From Felis catus (lineage: Eukaryota), in the NCBI RefSeq assembly GCF_018350175.1, contig NC_058368.1, positions 223,946,001 through 224,010,000 on the forward strand: a DNA stretch of 64,000 nucleotides, read 5' to 3'. A model generated the notes under the pieces. That model saw only the letters and a list, made by a program, of their open reading frames with translations. It was not told the origin of the DNA and made no database searches. Made by a program: the position numbers and the translations under genes. Within the stretch, counting starts at the first letter, position 1. Each line of letters starts with the position of its first letter. Below, one piece after another: positions 12,167 through 25,084 of the stretch.

Positions 12167-12205
<39 letters not shown>

Positions 12206-12206
12206 C
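12167..12206. repeat. (TG)n(CG)n microsatellite
   Basis: About 16 GT units followed by GCGCGCGC. Confidence 0.95.
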
Positions 12207-12336
12207 TATGAGATTTCTAGAACCTTTTCTTATATTATCAGGAAAAGTGATCCTTTCTCTAATAATAGAATGAAGCTTTCGCTGTTATTCCTTCAACAAT
12301 TAATTAGCCCCCCAAAATAAAAAGCTATAAAGAATT

Positions 12337-12545
12337 GAGGCCTCTGGGTGCTTCAGCCAGTTAAGTGCTGACTGGCTCAGATCATGATCTTATGGTTCGT
12401 GGGTTCAAGCTCCAGGTCAGGCTCTGTGCTGACAACTCAGAGCCTGGAGCCTGCTTCGGATTCTGTATCTCCCCCTCTCTCTGCCCCTCCCGTGATCATG
12501 CTCTGTCTCTCTCTAACTCTCAAAAATAAATTAAAAAAAATTTTA
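12337..12545 (+). mobile_element. Can-SINE
   Basis: Degenerate head, intact body and tail. Confidence 0.93.
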
Positions 12546-12949
12546 AAAAGCTACTAAGTCCTACAAACAAAAAGCGTTTTAAAAAGCTCAATTAGTTTAA
12601 ATATATAAAGAGATAATGCAAAATTTCCAGTGAATTTCCAAGCATATGATTTGCTTTGATATGCATAGTTACTTTGTGGTGTAGATGGACATTGTCAAAT
12701 TAAAAAGTTTATTTCACTAATATGAAAGGAGTTGAAAACTGAATCCAAGATAATCTGAAATTTGATTAAGGGACCATTTTTCTGTCAAACAACTTCCTAG
12801 TCAATAATGCTATAATTTTCTTAAAGTTCATCATGAATTTAATTACTGAGCATGAACATGAAGTCACAGTAAAACTTAACGAGAATTTGTCTCTGAAGGA
12901 CCTTATAAAATCTTAAACCTCTTTTATTTCACTGACAGTATTAGGCTAA

Positions 12950-13085
12950 TAATAGAAAGGGAACGTATAGTTCCAGTCCTTACACTAGTTCTGTAAATTG
13001 ATATTTTTTAAAACACTAAGAAAGCAACTCAGCCCTCCTAGGCCTTGGTTTTCCCATTTGTGCAATAGAACAGTTGATGATTTTC
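12950..13085 (+). mobile_element. MIR fragment
   Basis: GGCCTTGGTTTTCCCATTTGTGCAATAG resembles the MIR core. Confidence 0.45.
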
Positions 13086-13674
13086 AAGAAATGAAATACT
13101 GAATATTCCATTTGGCTGAAGGGACATGGTAATATGAGTTAGCAGCTGGCAAAAGAAAGTTTGAATCAAAAGACTCTGGCTTGACATGATGTGCTTATGG
13201 TCATAAAGTCACAGAAAACTCGACAAAACTGAAGCTACTCTCCGTAATTTATATGGGCAGAATAGGAAAGACATCCTGAGAGACTGATAAGCTCTGCTTG
13301 CCCTTTATGAATTTGTTCTCATTTTTTTTCATTATGAGACTTGAAAAATATACTGTTGAATAATAATTAAAATTAGCATAAAATCACATGGTACCGCAAA
13401 GCGATGTACAGAATCAGTTGAACAATAAAGAAATAATCTCAGAGTTACTAAGAGTCATGTTTTTTAAACCTTTTTGTTTGATGCTTTCTTAGGTCACAAA
13501 TTTTCCTTTTTGTCAAAAATAGTATAGTGTTTAAGAATGTAAAGCCTTAGAGCCCTATTGAGAAAATGGAGAGAACCGCTTTTAAATGAATTACTTAACT
13601 TTTGCAAATATTTCTTTTTAATTTTAATATCATATAGATAAGGATTCTTATCTTTCTTTAAGAATTTCTGATTT

Positions 13675-13894
13675 GGGGGGTGGGGGTATGGGTGGCTCAG
13701 TTGGGTAACTGTCTGACTTCGGCTCTGGTAATACCTCATGGTTCACAAGTTTGAGCCCCACGTCGGTCTCTGTGCTGATAGCTCAGATCCTGGAGCCTAC
13801 TTCAGATTCTGTGTCTCCCTCTCTCTGCCCCTGCCCTGCTCATGTTCTCTCTCTCTCTTTCTCCCTCTCTCTCTCTCAAAAAAAAAATAAACCC
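13675..13894 (+). mobile_element. Can-SINE with G-rich altered head
   Basis: TSD AGAATTTCT(G/A)ATTT at 13661-13674 and 13895-13908. Confidence 0.95.
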
Positions 13895-14554
13895 AGAATT
13901 TCTAATTTTTGAAAGATGTCAAATACTTTCAATAAATATAAATAGATTTATTGTGTTTTCTTGTACTGGTCTCAAAACATTATAAAGACCTACACTCTGT
14001 CATATTTAAATTAATTGTAATTAAATTATAATTATTGTAATAAATTATAGAAATGTTTTTAAATACTCTACCTGTAATCTGATTTACATACTTGTCTAAT
14101 AAGCAAACACATACAGAGCGCTCCCTTGATAATGGTAATTTCAATGAAGTACGTCTGGGGAAGAATATGGCACTGAAGATTTAGTGATTTTCTAAAATAA
14201 TTTCTAAGCTAAAAGAGCTTATAACATTTATTGGAATGCCGGCTAGAATTTGTTAAATGTAAGAGACATATGATAATATATTGTTTTCTTTGGTTTTACT
14301 TAGTAAGGAAATGCATTAGAAGAGCAAATTAACACAAACTAAAAGAACTATTTTGATATCCCTGAGTATAAATAAATATTAATTAAAGGTCATTGTAAAA
14401 AATTAGCTTCAGATAGTAGTGTTAAATAAAATAATATAAGGTGTCAGTAGCTCTTGTTATAATTGATAATTTTATTTCCAAAACAGTCATAATTGATGGA
14501 ACTAAATAATATAATCACCTTACACTACATACATATGTTAAGGTCAGTACTTAT

Positions 14555-14571
14555 AAAAAGAAAAAAAAGAA

Positions 14572-14635
<64 letters not shown>

Positions 14636-14644
14636 AAAGAAAGA
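14555..14644. repeat. (GAAA)n microsatellite
   Basis: Direct inspection; no adjacent SINE body. Confidence 0.95.
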
Positions 14645-14949
14645 TCAGGGCAATATTGAGAAACAATTTAGAACAGAAACTTCTCTCAAGGAGATGATAA
14701 TTTCTTTTAAGATCTGATCTTTGATTAAGGTAAAATACCTTTAGAACATGAAGACACCATTCTGAAAGGAAGATGAATCATTACTTTCTCTTTTATTCCA
14801 ATCTACAACTATCCAATCTAGATTATTCCAATCTATAGATCATTCCAATCTATAACTATGGTTATAAGGCGAAGGGAAAATGTCAAAAATAAAGGTGGTT
14901 TAGCTAAAATGGTAACTTCGGGAAATTGTATAGCAGGGGCATGCTATAA

Positions 14950-15075
14950 ATTTTACAGATAAAAAAAATGTAGCCCTAAAGAGTTTATACATTTACGTAA
15001 GATTGAAAAGCGGATGTTGAAGTCAAAGCTCGCATTCTGTTCTGGAGACCAGTGTTTTCCTACTATATTGAGTTG
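14950..15075 (-). mobile_element. MIR fragment
   Basis: ATTTTACAGATAAAAAAAATGTAGCCCTAAAGAG resembles the antisense MIR core. Confidence 0.45.
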
Positions 15076-15402
15076 CTTTCTATGTAAGTTAATGAAGAGA
15101 AAGGTAAATAGGGACTCTTTCATGCTAATGACAACAGGTCTTAGAGCAGTGGTTATAAATCATGTTCTGGGTTAACTACGCAAGAGTTAGTTGAAAGTGG
15201 GAGTAGATTTTATGCAATGAGTTTCTGGAGCACTAACAGTGTTCACTACATAGAACCCACAGTTAAGTAAATCGATGATTCACATAAGAGAACAATTGCA
15301 GTTTGTGTGTGTGTGTGTATGTGTGTGTGTGTGCACTTATCCACTGTATCCACTGAAATCCAATATAAACAATCTATAATATAGTGAGTATGTCTTTGGT
15401 AT

Positions 15403-15597
15403 AGTGTTCACAAATTTAGCAAAATAAAAACCCAGCACACTCAGTGAAATCTGCATTTCAGATTTAAAAAAAAGAATATCACTTTTTTTAGAAGTGTAGT
15501 CCAAATATTGTATGAGGCACGTTTATAAAAAAAATTATTCCTTGTTTATCTGAAATGCAAATTGAACTCGGGATATTCTATTTTATCTGACAAGCCT
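15403..15597. mobile_element. MER53 (hAT-type palindromic MITE)
   Basis: AAATTTAGCAAAATAAAAA..ATTTCAGAT ... TTATCTGAAATGCAAATTGAACT..TTTTATCTGACAA; about 195 bp and self-complementary. Confidence 0.85.
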
Positions 15598-16773
15598 TCT
15601 TAGGTAGTAACCTTAGTAAGGAAGCAACTTTGCATGATTATTAGAGCTTACTGTTACACTTAAGAATATTCTGAGAATTCTTTGACCTCAAATCCATTTT
15701 TACCAAAATGGTTTAGGTGAAGATTATGCAAAGCTCTCAGATATATTTTAAAAATTAAAGTAACCTCTTTTTCAGTGCTGACTACCTCTATAACAGATGT
15801 GAATGCAGAAATGAACTTATAAATCTTAAACATTTCAGAGGTATTTGAATTATAGTTATTTCTTCAACTGCTTCCTGATGTTGCTCTGGTAAACTTTTGC
15901 CAGTTTGGAGGTGGCTGATCCCTTTTATTGCATGAAGACTAAAGAACACTGGCCTGTGAAGTAAATGTCAACCCCACAAGTTTTAATTTACATCTACCTA
16001 CTATGAATATGCATGTTCCATCAGAAAATAGAAATAGCATTTCCCTAGCCAACATTCCAAACTGGGAGAATTAGGTAAATAACTCACTTGACATAGATTT
16101 CTATGTATGACATTATTTTCTTTCACAGAAGAAAATATTGATCAGCATCTTCTAAGTAAACCAGAAACATAAACCATGTACAATAACATGGCAGATAAGA
16201 GTCTGTCCTTCAGTTTAATGGAGGCATATACTTACACCAAAATTGCAAAAAGCCATAGTCAAAAACAAAACAAAACAACAACAACAACAAAAATCAAGGG
16301 AACAAGTTAAAATCATTATCATTCATGGTGGACAATCTTGACTGGGCATCCAGTTCTGCTCCATGGAATCACTCTATTTCTCTAACCAATTTACTTCTCC
16401 ATTAGGTGCAAAAATGTTTTGAAATATACTATAGTCTCCTCAGAACCCTACCATGCTCCAACTTTTCTGATCCTCTCAACTGAGTAGATACTGTTAACTC
16501 CTTATTTACAGGGGTAAAAAAAAAAGAATTCAAATGGAAATCTCCACAGGTTCCCACTGTCACATCTACAAATTAGCCTACATTCCCATTTGTGTTCTTC
16601 CTTCCCACAACCTCCACTTTCGAAATCTGATCACACCCTTCCATACCAAGAACATTGCCAAAATTTTTCCTTTCTTCTGTGTCTTCAATATCTCTCTCCA
16701 TGGGTACTGGATCAATTATATTTTTATTGGTACTCAAGGACAAGTTACCCTATCTTAAACATATTTTTAAAAA

Positions 16774-17017
16774 TATGTTTTCACTCTTGTGTGGATCCTG
16801 AGAAACGTAACAGAAGACCATGGGGGAGGGGAAGGAAAAAAAAATTAGAGAGGGAGGGAGCCAAACCATAAGAGACTCTTCAAAACTGAGAATAAACTGA
16901 GGGTTGATGGGGGGTGGGAGGGAGGGGAAAGGCGGTGATGGGCATGGAGGAGGGCACCTGTTGGGATGAGCACTGGGTGTTGGCTGGAAACCAATTTGAC
17001 AAGAAATTTCGTATTTA

Positions 17018-17048
<31 letters not shown>

Positions 17049-17051
17049 ATA
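16774..17051 (+). mobile_element. Felid L1 (L1_Fc-type) 3' UTR fragment
   Basis: GTGGATCCTGAGAAAC..GGGATGAGCACTGGGTGTTG..GGAAACCAATTTGACAA; G-tract at 16909-16927; (TAAA)n tail. Confidence 0.92.
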
Positions 17052-17260
17052 GGGGTACCAGAGTGGCTCAGTTGTTTAAGTGTCAGACTCTTGGTTTCAG
17101 CTTAGGTCATGATCTCATGTTTGTAAGTTCAAGCCCTGAGTCAGGCTCTGCCCTGACAGTGTGAAGCCTGCTTGGGATTCTCTCTCCCTCTCTTTCTGCC
17201 CTGCCCCTGCTTGCGTACATGTTCTGTCTCTCTCTCAAAATAAATAAACATTTAAAAAAT
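17052..17260 (+). mobile_element. Can-SINE
   Basis: Head abuts the L1 tail; full body. Confidence 0.95.
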
Positions 17261-17781
17261 ATTTTGAAAAATAAATATTCTCCCCTTGATTCCTCAGTTT
17301 CATCCAATGACTATCTTCATTGTCTGCTGTCCACTGCCTGTATTCTCCTGAGTTTTCTAAACTTGTATTATCGATGTCTTAATTTATTTCTCATTTATGC
17401 TCCCTTTTTAATTTGAATTTCTTCCCGACTATGCCCTAGTTTATATTTTATTTTATTATTTTATTTTATTATTTGAATCTATTCACTGATGGCCTTTATC
17501 TGATTAAATTCAGTAAACACCTCTCAATCTTTATTTACCAGTCATTACACTGTTGGTGGCACTTTGTTTTCTTGTTTGTTTGCTTGGTTGGTTGGTTGGC
17601 TGGTATTACATTTGTGTCACTGGTTTCCATGATATCATACAAACCTTATTTCCTGAATGCTAGTTTTCAGCCCTATATGCCACTGTTTCCACATCATTAG
17701 ATGTTACAAGTTACACAGGGAGATATCCTTGATCCTCTTTCTAATTCTAAACACTCTTTCTAGAAACATGTGTTGTTGCAG

Positions 17782-17968
17782 TTTTTTAAGTGTGTATTTA
17801 TTTATTTTGAGAGAGTGAGCATGAGTGGGGGTGGGGCAGACAGTGAGATGGAGAGAGAATCCCAAGTAGTCTCTTCACTGTCAGTCCTTGAACTCATGAA
17901 CCACGAGATCATGATCTGAGTCAAAATCAAGAGTAAGATGCTTAACTGACTGATCCATCCAGGAGCCC
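17782..17968 (-). mobile_element. Can-SINE (older, internally deleted)
   Basis: TSD CATGTGTT; body lacks a short central stretch. Confidence 0.92.
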
Positions 17969-18129
17969 ATGTGTTTTTCTACCATGTTTCTAACTTATAT
18001 TAATATGCTGAGAGGAGCCAAAAACATATGTCCAGCAAAGACTGTCTTCTAGGTCTTAAGCTTCCATTTTTATGTTCACACTTTACAGATTTGTTTTGAT
18101 GTCTTGTTGTCAGATCGATGTCGACATAG

Positions 18130-18985
18130 TCATCCATCTATCCATCCACTCATCGTTATGAATGATTACTATACATGAAGAGGATAAGACAATGAACAAA
18201 ACAAAAAGAAAACAACTAAACAAAATTCTTCCTTCTTTGTAGGTAAGGTATTATTTTGAAGAGTGGAACAGAATCAAAATTATTAATATGCTTATTAAGT
18301 TTTTATTAGTAACATAATATTAGCCGTGGAAAGGGTGACAACATTTGTGTGGTGATTGAAACTTTATATTCAGTGTCCAGTGTATAATAAGTGAAACAAC
18401 TAGTGTTGGGACTTTCTGGGGGAAGTCCAGTCCAGTGAAAAGATACAAATGCAAAGACCCTGAGGCAGATATATAATGGTTTGTTTGAGAAATTGCTGGG
18501 AAGCCAATGTGCTTGATTTAGGGAGGTGAAGATGAAGAACGAGCAAGGTAGAAGAAAATGAAATAATCAAGTTAAAAGAGCAATGGGGGCGGGGGCCTGA
18601 TTAGTAGGGCCTTATACATCATTGTAAGTGGTTGGGGTTCTACACAAGATGAGAATTCATCAGCAAGTTTGAACAGAGGCATGGCAAGAATTGACTTACA
18701 TTTTAACAAGGTAAATTCCTGGTTGATCTTTAGGATTGAAGAGGTCAAGAGAGAAAGCAGACCAAATAGTTAGAATGCATTGAAACACATTATTTTAGGA
18801 ATGAAGTGCCTCAGACAAGGGTGTTAGCAGTGCAGGTGCTGATAAGTATTGGGATGCTAATACTTCTGAATATTGGAGTATTCGTTCTGATATAAGGCAT
18901 GAGAAAAAGAAGAGTCAAGGACAATTTCAAGATTCTGTATGTTGCCGTGTCACTGAAAAATTGGAAGACTCTGACACTAACTAGA
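18130..18985 (-). mobile_element. L2 3' fragment, antisense, nested in the plus-strand L2
   Basis: TGCAAAGACCCTGAGGCAG..GTTTGTTTGAGAAATTGC..GAAGCCAATGTG, GTAGGGCCTT, GAACAGAGGCATGGCA antisense L2 motifs. Confidence 0.7.
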
Positions 18986-21900
18986 TTAAAACTGGAAACT
19001 GACATACAATATTCAAATTATTCACCAAAACTTAGTTCTTGTCTAGTGTTTCTTTTCTTAGTAAATTGTATAAATCAGTTATGCAATCCAAGAAAATTAA
19101 GTCATGCTTATATCCTTATATATGCTTCCTGAGAAAAATATTTACAAATTTATATATAAATATTCAAGTACTATGTATAAAAGATATCCTTGATATATAA
19201 ATGTCTATTGATATATTAAATATCCATCTGTATATGATATTCATATCTCATCAATCTATATAAACATATCAATATATTTGAATATATAATATAAATAATA
19301 CATATTTTCCTATTTGAATTCAGACTCCAAACATTGACTCCATGAAACCAATCCCCTTATTATTCTCTCTAGTCCAGTCTATTACAGAAGTGACTTAATC
19401 AGATTCCCCACATCCATTTTGCCTCCTGAAAATTTATTTTTTAAACCTAAGAAAGAAAGAAAATGTTTTCAAATAGAAAACTTAGATCTTTAGCTTAAAA
19501 CCTTCTGATTGTCTTTCCAGTTTCCCTTAAACTCAAAAATTCTTAAATTGACTATCAGAACCCTGAATATTCTCTTAGCCATCTGTGTCTCCAGCTTTAT
19601 CATGAACCAAAGTATCCTTTTGTCCATATATTCCAACCATGATAATTTTCTTTCAGTTCATCACATGCAGTCCACTCACTTTTGCACAAGAAGCTCCTTA
19701 CATGTGCTATTTCCCCAGGAAGTTAATATTCTAGCTCATTTTTATACTTTCTTTCTGCCTCCAACAAGGTGCCTTTATTTTGTATGAAAATATAATTTCT
19801 GAACCCATAGAATAAGTCAGGTTCAATTGTTGAGTGTGTTTATAGCATTTTATACTATAGTTATCTATTTACCAACTTGCCATATAGATTATATGCTTCA
19901 TGAAAACAGAGACCACAATGTCTTGATAAGATACAGATCTCCTGTGCTTATAATATACAATTTGTATATTAAATTAATGAAGAGGTAGGTTTTACGTTGG
20001 TTTTAATTTTGTTTCTCCCAAAACATCATTTATAAATGTGTTCATGGGATTATGTGTTAAAACTATACACATGTATTAATGTATTATTTGATATATGAAT
20101 TAATTCATAACACATTCATTAAAATAGCTACATTTTTATATGTGTATTAATGTAATGAGTACTTTTTAAACATTATATAGTTTTTGTTATTGTAATGTGG
20201 CAACATTTCCCAAGTTGTGTTTGGAGAGGATTAAGTAATATGCTTTCCAATGCAAATAAATTAAGAAACACTGAATTAAATAAGTTTTAAAAATATAGAT
20301 CTTTAGGACAAGTATTCTTACTGTCTTGATATAATACAATGTATTATGAATCTCCAAGAGGAAAAAAAAATATGACAATTTGCCAAATTAAATGCCCATG
20401 GAATTTCTAATAGGAAGATCTTGCTTGATATGAACTGACAATAAACTGTAGACTGGCTAATATATGAACATAGACCATCAGAACAATCTGTTAATTAATC
20501 TATTCCAGGGGCAAAACTAAAATAATGAGTAGAATACATTCAGTCACAAGTGCTCATTTAATGACATATAAAAACCCATATTGATGTAGTCTGGAAGGAA
20601 AAAAAAATGGAAAATTAGAATAAAGAGATGTAGTAGTTAAGAGATAAGGGGCTACAGCAGTAATGAAGTCTCCTTTTCATTATCTATATGAGTAGTTCAC
20701 TATAAAATTTCCTAGCAACCCATAATTTTGATACATGATGAATTTATCTGATTTTTTAATATTATAGTCCTTACAGCAATTTAAACCAGAAAGGTTTAGA
20801 AGATTATTTCAGATATTGTGGATATCATCAAAGAGAAGGTAATTTCAAGGAACATATACTCTTTGATTACAAGCTGAATTCAAAAATAAGAAAGTGCCCT
20901 AGGAATATGGCTGTAGATCAATCCAGTAAATTGTACATATGAGTTTATTTTCTCACAACATATTGAAAATAGTTTGCCTACTATAGGATGTTTAGTTTTG
21001 TTACACCGGGGGGAGGGGGTGGGCAGAGGAAACTTAATTATGTATGTGGTGCTTGAAAACTGCTTTCCATATAAATAGTTTTTTTGCAAATCAATAAAAA
21101 TAAGTACCCCCCCAAAATTAAAAAAAATAAATAAGTAAAAGCATTGTAAATGTACTATACTATACTCAGCATCTTATAGAACACCTGAAAATTTCATACT
21201 TATAATCCTGATAGGTCTTTTTAAATATTGTATGAACCATCTTTGAAATTTATGGAGTGAATTGATCCTAGGGGAGCTAAGAGCAGGACCTTGAATGAGA
21301 GCCAACAGATGCTCTATAAATATCAATAGGCAAGGTTAAGTCAGAGTATTATTTTTTTAAGAAACACAAATCACCAGAATCCTTACCTGTTAAAATATTT
21401 TCCTTGTTATCTGTTCATCTTTGCCCCAATTTATAAGCTGAATTAATATTGCTTTACAAATTCCTAAATGCAAATAACTTGTACATACAGTTTAAATGCC
21501 ATAGCCTTCCTTACTGAGAGCACCTCTCCAGAGAAACAAGTGTATATCATTTTCCATTTCTTTGTCTTTCTTAAGGTTATTCTATAAATCCACTTTTTCT
21601 GTGCTCTAAAATGTCAATTAGGATCAGTCCTGCCTCTCCCACTGACAGTTCTCGATTTCTACCTGCAAGAGTTTCCTTGGAGATCATCCATTTTCAAGGA
21701 GTTCCCCAATCTCACCATTTCATCTGGGCTTTAGTTTGCTCATGTGAGCAAAATATACAAGACTCATATGTTATTTTTAATTGAGTTTTTCTTAAGAGGT
21801 TATATTTTGTAAAATCTTTTTTAAAGTGCCCTTAGAACATTTAAAACATGATTCTAGAATGCTAACATTTTATGGTATTATTTGAGTCAACAATTTTACA

Positions 21901-22500
21901 ATTGTTCTTGGTCCCCAAGGAAATTTGGTGATCAGCTCAAAACCATACGTGATAATTTTTGTGATTTCTGCTCCTTTTTCTTAAATGCACAATATATTGG
22001 ACACATAAGTTTATATGATTCGTTTTTTTTTGTTGTTGTTTTTTGCTAGAATAGGATTATGGACATGAAAGTTGACTTCAAATTTGAAGGAATTCTATTT
22101 TTACAAAAAAAACAAAAAAAGACAATAAGAGGCTCAATATTATAACTTAATGGGATAAAAATTAAGCCTTAATATGGGGAAAAAATGAAACATTTATACT
22201 CTATCATGAACAGGAGGCCTCATGGTATTTAAGCAAATGACAGATAATTAGTTGGCAGAGGCATGAGAGGACAAAATCTGGCACTAAAAGAAAATGTATT
22301 CAAATTCATTTTTAAGGACATTTTGACTCTGATATCTTACAACTACTTCAATATCCCATGGTAGAAAGTGAATAGTGAAAACTCTGTTTCCAGAAATCCA
22401 GCATACCTAAAAGCAGAAACTTCTCACCATAAAACTAAGCAGAAGAACATTGTAAATACAAAAATATTTTAAGTATTTTCTTATATTAAGAATAAGAACA

Positions 22501-22679
22501 GGGTGCCTGGGTGGCTCAGTCCGTTGAGAGTCTGACTCTTGATTTCAGCTCAGGTCATGATCACATGGTTTGTGAGATAAAGCCCACATCAGGCTCTGTG
22601 CTGACAGCGTGGAGTCTGCTTGGGATTCTCTCTCCTTCTCTTTATTTGCTCTTCCCTCACTCACTCTGTCTCTCTCTGA

Positions 22680-22727
<48 letters not shown>

Positions 22728-22735
22728 GAAAGAAA
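22501..22735 (+). mobile_element. Can-SINE with (GAAA)n tail
   Basis: Full body; GAAA array at about 22678-22735. Confidence 0.95.
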
Positions 22736-23420
22736 GAGCAACAACAACCAAGACTCAAAAACAAAGAGGGAGAAGGAAAAGGAAACCGGACTTGAAAGCT
22801 GAAATAAAAAGCTTCTAGAGGAATTTACTAATTTCAGTAGCCTACAGAATAACATTTGTAAAGATTATCCCAAGGGAATGAAAGAAGGCATGAACTAGAA
22901 CAATGTTAGCATTTGGAAAGAAAAAAAAAATCCAACACTAGCAATCATAGAGCCAAAAGGACAATCCTAGTAAGAATCAGGTGAAAAACCAGGATGACAA
23001 TAAAGCAAAAAGTTCTTACTGAGCTGCGCAGTGTTCGACAGAAGGGCACCCTCAGAATTTTAATCACAGAATTACCCACTAACACATCCAACTCTTGAAT
23101 TTTTAATAACTATTATCTCCAAATTCAGAAAATCATAGTTAACTGAAAGTAGTCCCGAGTATGTAGCAAATTTAGTACTTCTCATTAAAAAAAAAAAAAA
23201 AAAAAAAAAAATCAGTACTCTCTGCGGAATAAACTCTAGTCTACAGGTTCCACTAACTGAACTCAATTGAACCTGAGCTCACAAAGGAAAATTACACAAC
23301 AAAGGGAGAGGAGCCAAAGGAAATATCACCAGTGCAATTAAGGCCTTGGACTCCAGATGGCGAAATTATAAAAAGCAAAATACATGATAGTATATACATT
23401 TTAAAAAGTAAAAGATTTTA

Positions 23421-23633
23421 GGGTCACCTGGGTGGCTCAATTGATTTAGCGGCCCACTTTGCCTCAGGTCGTGATCTCATGGTTCCTGGGTTCGAGCCCC
23501 TAGTTGCGCTCCATGCTGACAGCTCAGAGCTTCCAGCCTGCTTCAGGTTCTATGTCTCCTCTCTCTGCTCCTTCCCTGCTTGTACTCTGTCTCTCTCTCT
23601 CTCTCTCAAAAATAAATACACGTTAATTTTTTT
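23421..23633 (+). mobile_element. Can-SINE
   Basis: TSD AAGTAAAAGATTT. Confidence 0.95.
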
Positions 23634-25084
23634 AAGTAAAAGATTTGAAATAAGGACAAGAAATAATCATCTTAATAAAAGATTCTTAGAAGTGACAAAT
23701 TTTATTTCTTTATATAAAAAAATAGCGTTACTATAAATCAAAATTCAGTGTTTGTGTTAAGTAAGACACAATTAAAACAGCTAAGTTAACTTGTTGATTA
23801 ATATGAAAAGATGACCAACAATAAATGCATAGTAAAAATAAAAATATATTTATAGAGAACAACCTTTAATGTAGAATATGAATCAAAATAAACTTTGCTT
23901 ATATAGGAATAACTGAAAATACATGTTTTGAGGCAAATTTTATTTTCAAGGTTATTCATCATATTTGTTGTTTTTCCTTACTGAACCCATCTTAGTCTAG
24001 CCCCATTAGAGAAAATAAATATTTATTATCCTAAGAGGCATTTTTGCTTATTTGTTTGCTTTTACTTACGTAAAATAAATAGGTCATTATATGTGTGGAT
24101 TTGCTACAACACACAGAAATATGTGACATTAGTACTAGGGATAGGCTTTTGAAATGATAGAATAGTGACACATTTGACAAAATAGTCCCTACCATCGTAT
24201 GGAAAGCACGTGATGTACCTAAGGGATCTTGCCTTTCGGCATATTGCTTAGATACCTTAGGATTGTTGGTGTGCCTTGATTGGTTGTTATTGGCTCAGGA
24301 GATGAGTTTCACAAAATAACAACCCAGTATGTAAGCAAGAATTAAGGAAATCAAAAGAAATCTGAAATGTCTACAATTATAACTTTTTCTCATTTCTAAC
24401 TCATAAAAAAGATCAAACTGACAAGAATTTGTGTATTTGGGGGATAGAGTGGCAAGTCTAAGGGATATAAACATAGCAGGCCACTGACTGGGCCTGGGCT
24501 CTAATGTAATGTTTTACATTTTTAGTGTTGATGGCATGTAGTTGGTTTTAATATTTATTATATATTTTTATGCATGAAGTATATAATACTTTTTTCATAT
24601 ATAACATTTTTTAAACATTTTCTGGAACAGAGTAGGATAAAAATGATCAGGAAAGGTTTTCGCATCAAAATGATAATAAATATATTCTGCACGGAATCAC
24701 AGTATGGTTTCCAAAATTCCCTAAACCCAGAGGGATATCAAAGAAACCCCTTCACATTTGACTAAAGTAATTTACATGCGGAATATTTGAAAATTAAAAA
24801 AAAAAAAAAACAGAGAAATTAAGGTGAAAAGACCAAACATACTGTTCAATATTTTTTTCAGTAATATCTCTTTTTAAGCAAATCTAAGAGGGAAAGTGAC
24901 ATATGAGTAGAATAGTTGTGGTCATTTGGAAAATAGTGATTTGGAGAGAATCTATGTGTTAAAATACCATTAGTCGTAGACTCAGGGACTTAAAGTAGGA
25001 TCCTAATTACATTGTTTAACAGTTTCATGAACTGGTATTTTAATTTGTTGCATTTATACCTATAACAGTAGTTGTTGTTATTTT

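Larger units (their letters stand above)
16330..19985 (+). mobile_element. Fragmented L2 LINE (ORF2 remnant to 3' end), interrupted by an L1, two SINEs and an antisense L2
   Basis: Pyrimidine-rich L2 motifs at about 16330-16770, 17280-17760, 17970-18125 and 18990-19800; 3' end TAGATTATATGCTTCATGAAAACAGAGACC near 19885. Confidence 0.65.

Noticed and set aside
14793..14860. Repeat-spacer pattern superficially like a CRISPR array
   Set aside because: Repeats of 9 bp with 6-8 bp linkers in a mammalian genome, with no cas genes.
16909..16927. Canonical G-quadruplex motif GGGGGGTGGGAGGGAGGGG
   Set aside because: It is the known G-tract of L1 3' UTRs, so it is already explained.
22790..23400. A-rich stretch resembling old L1 5'/ORF1 or HAL1 sequence
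   Set aside because: Too degenerate to assign by eye.
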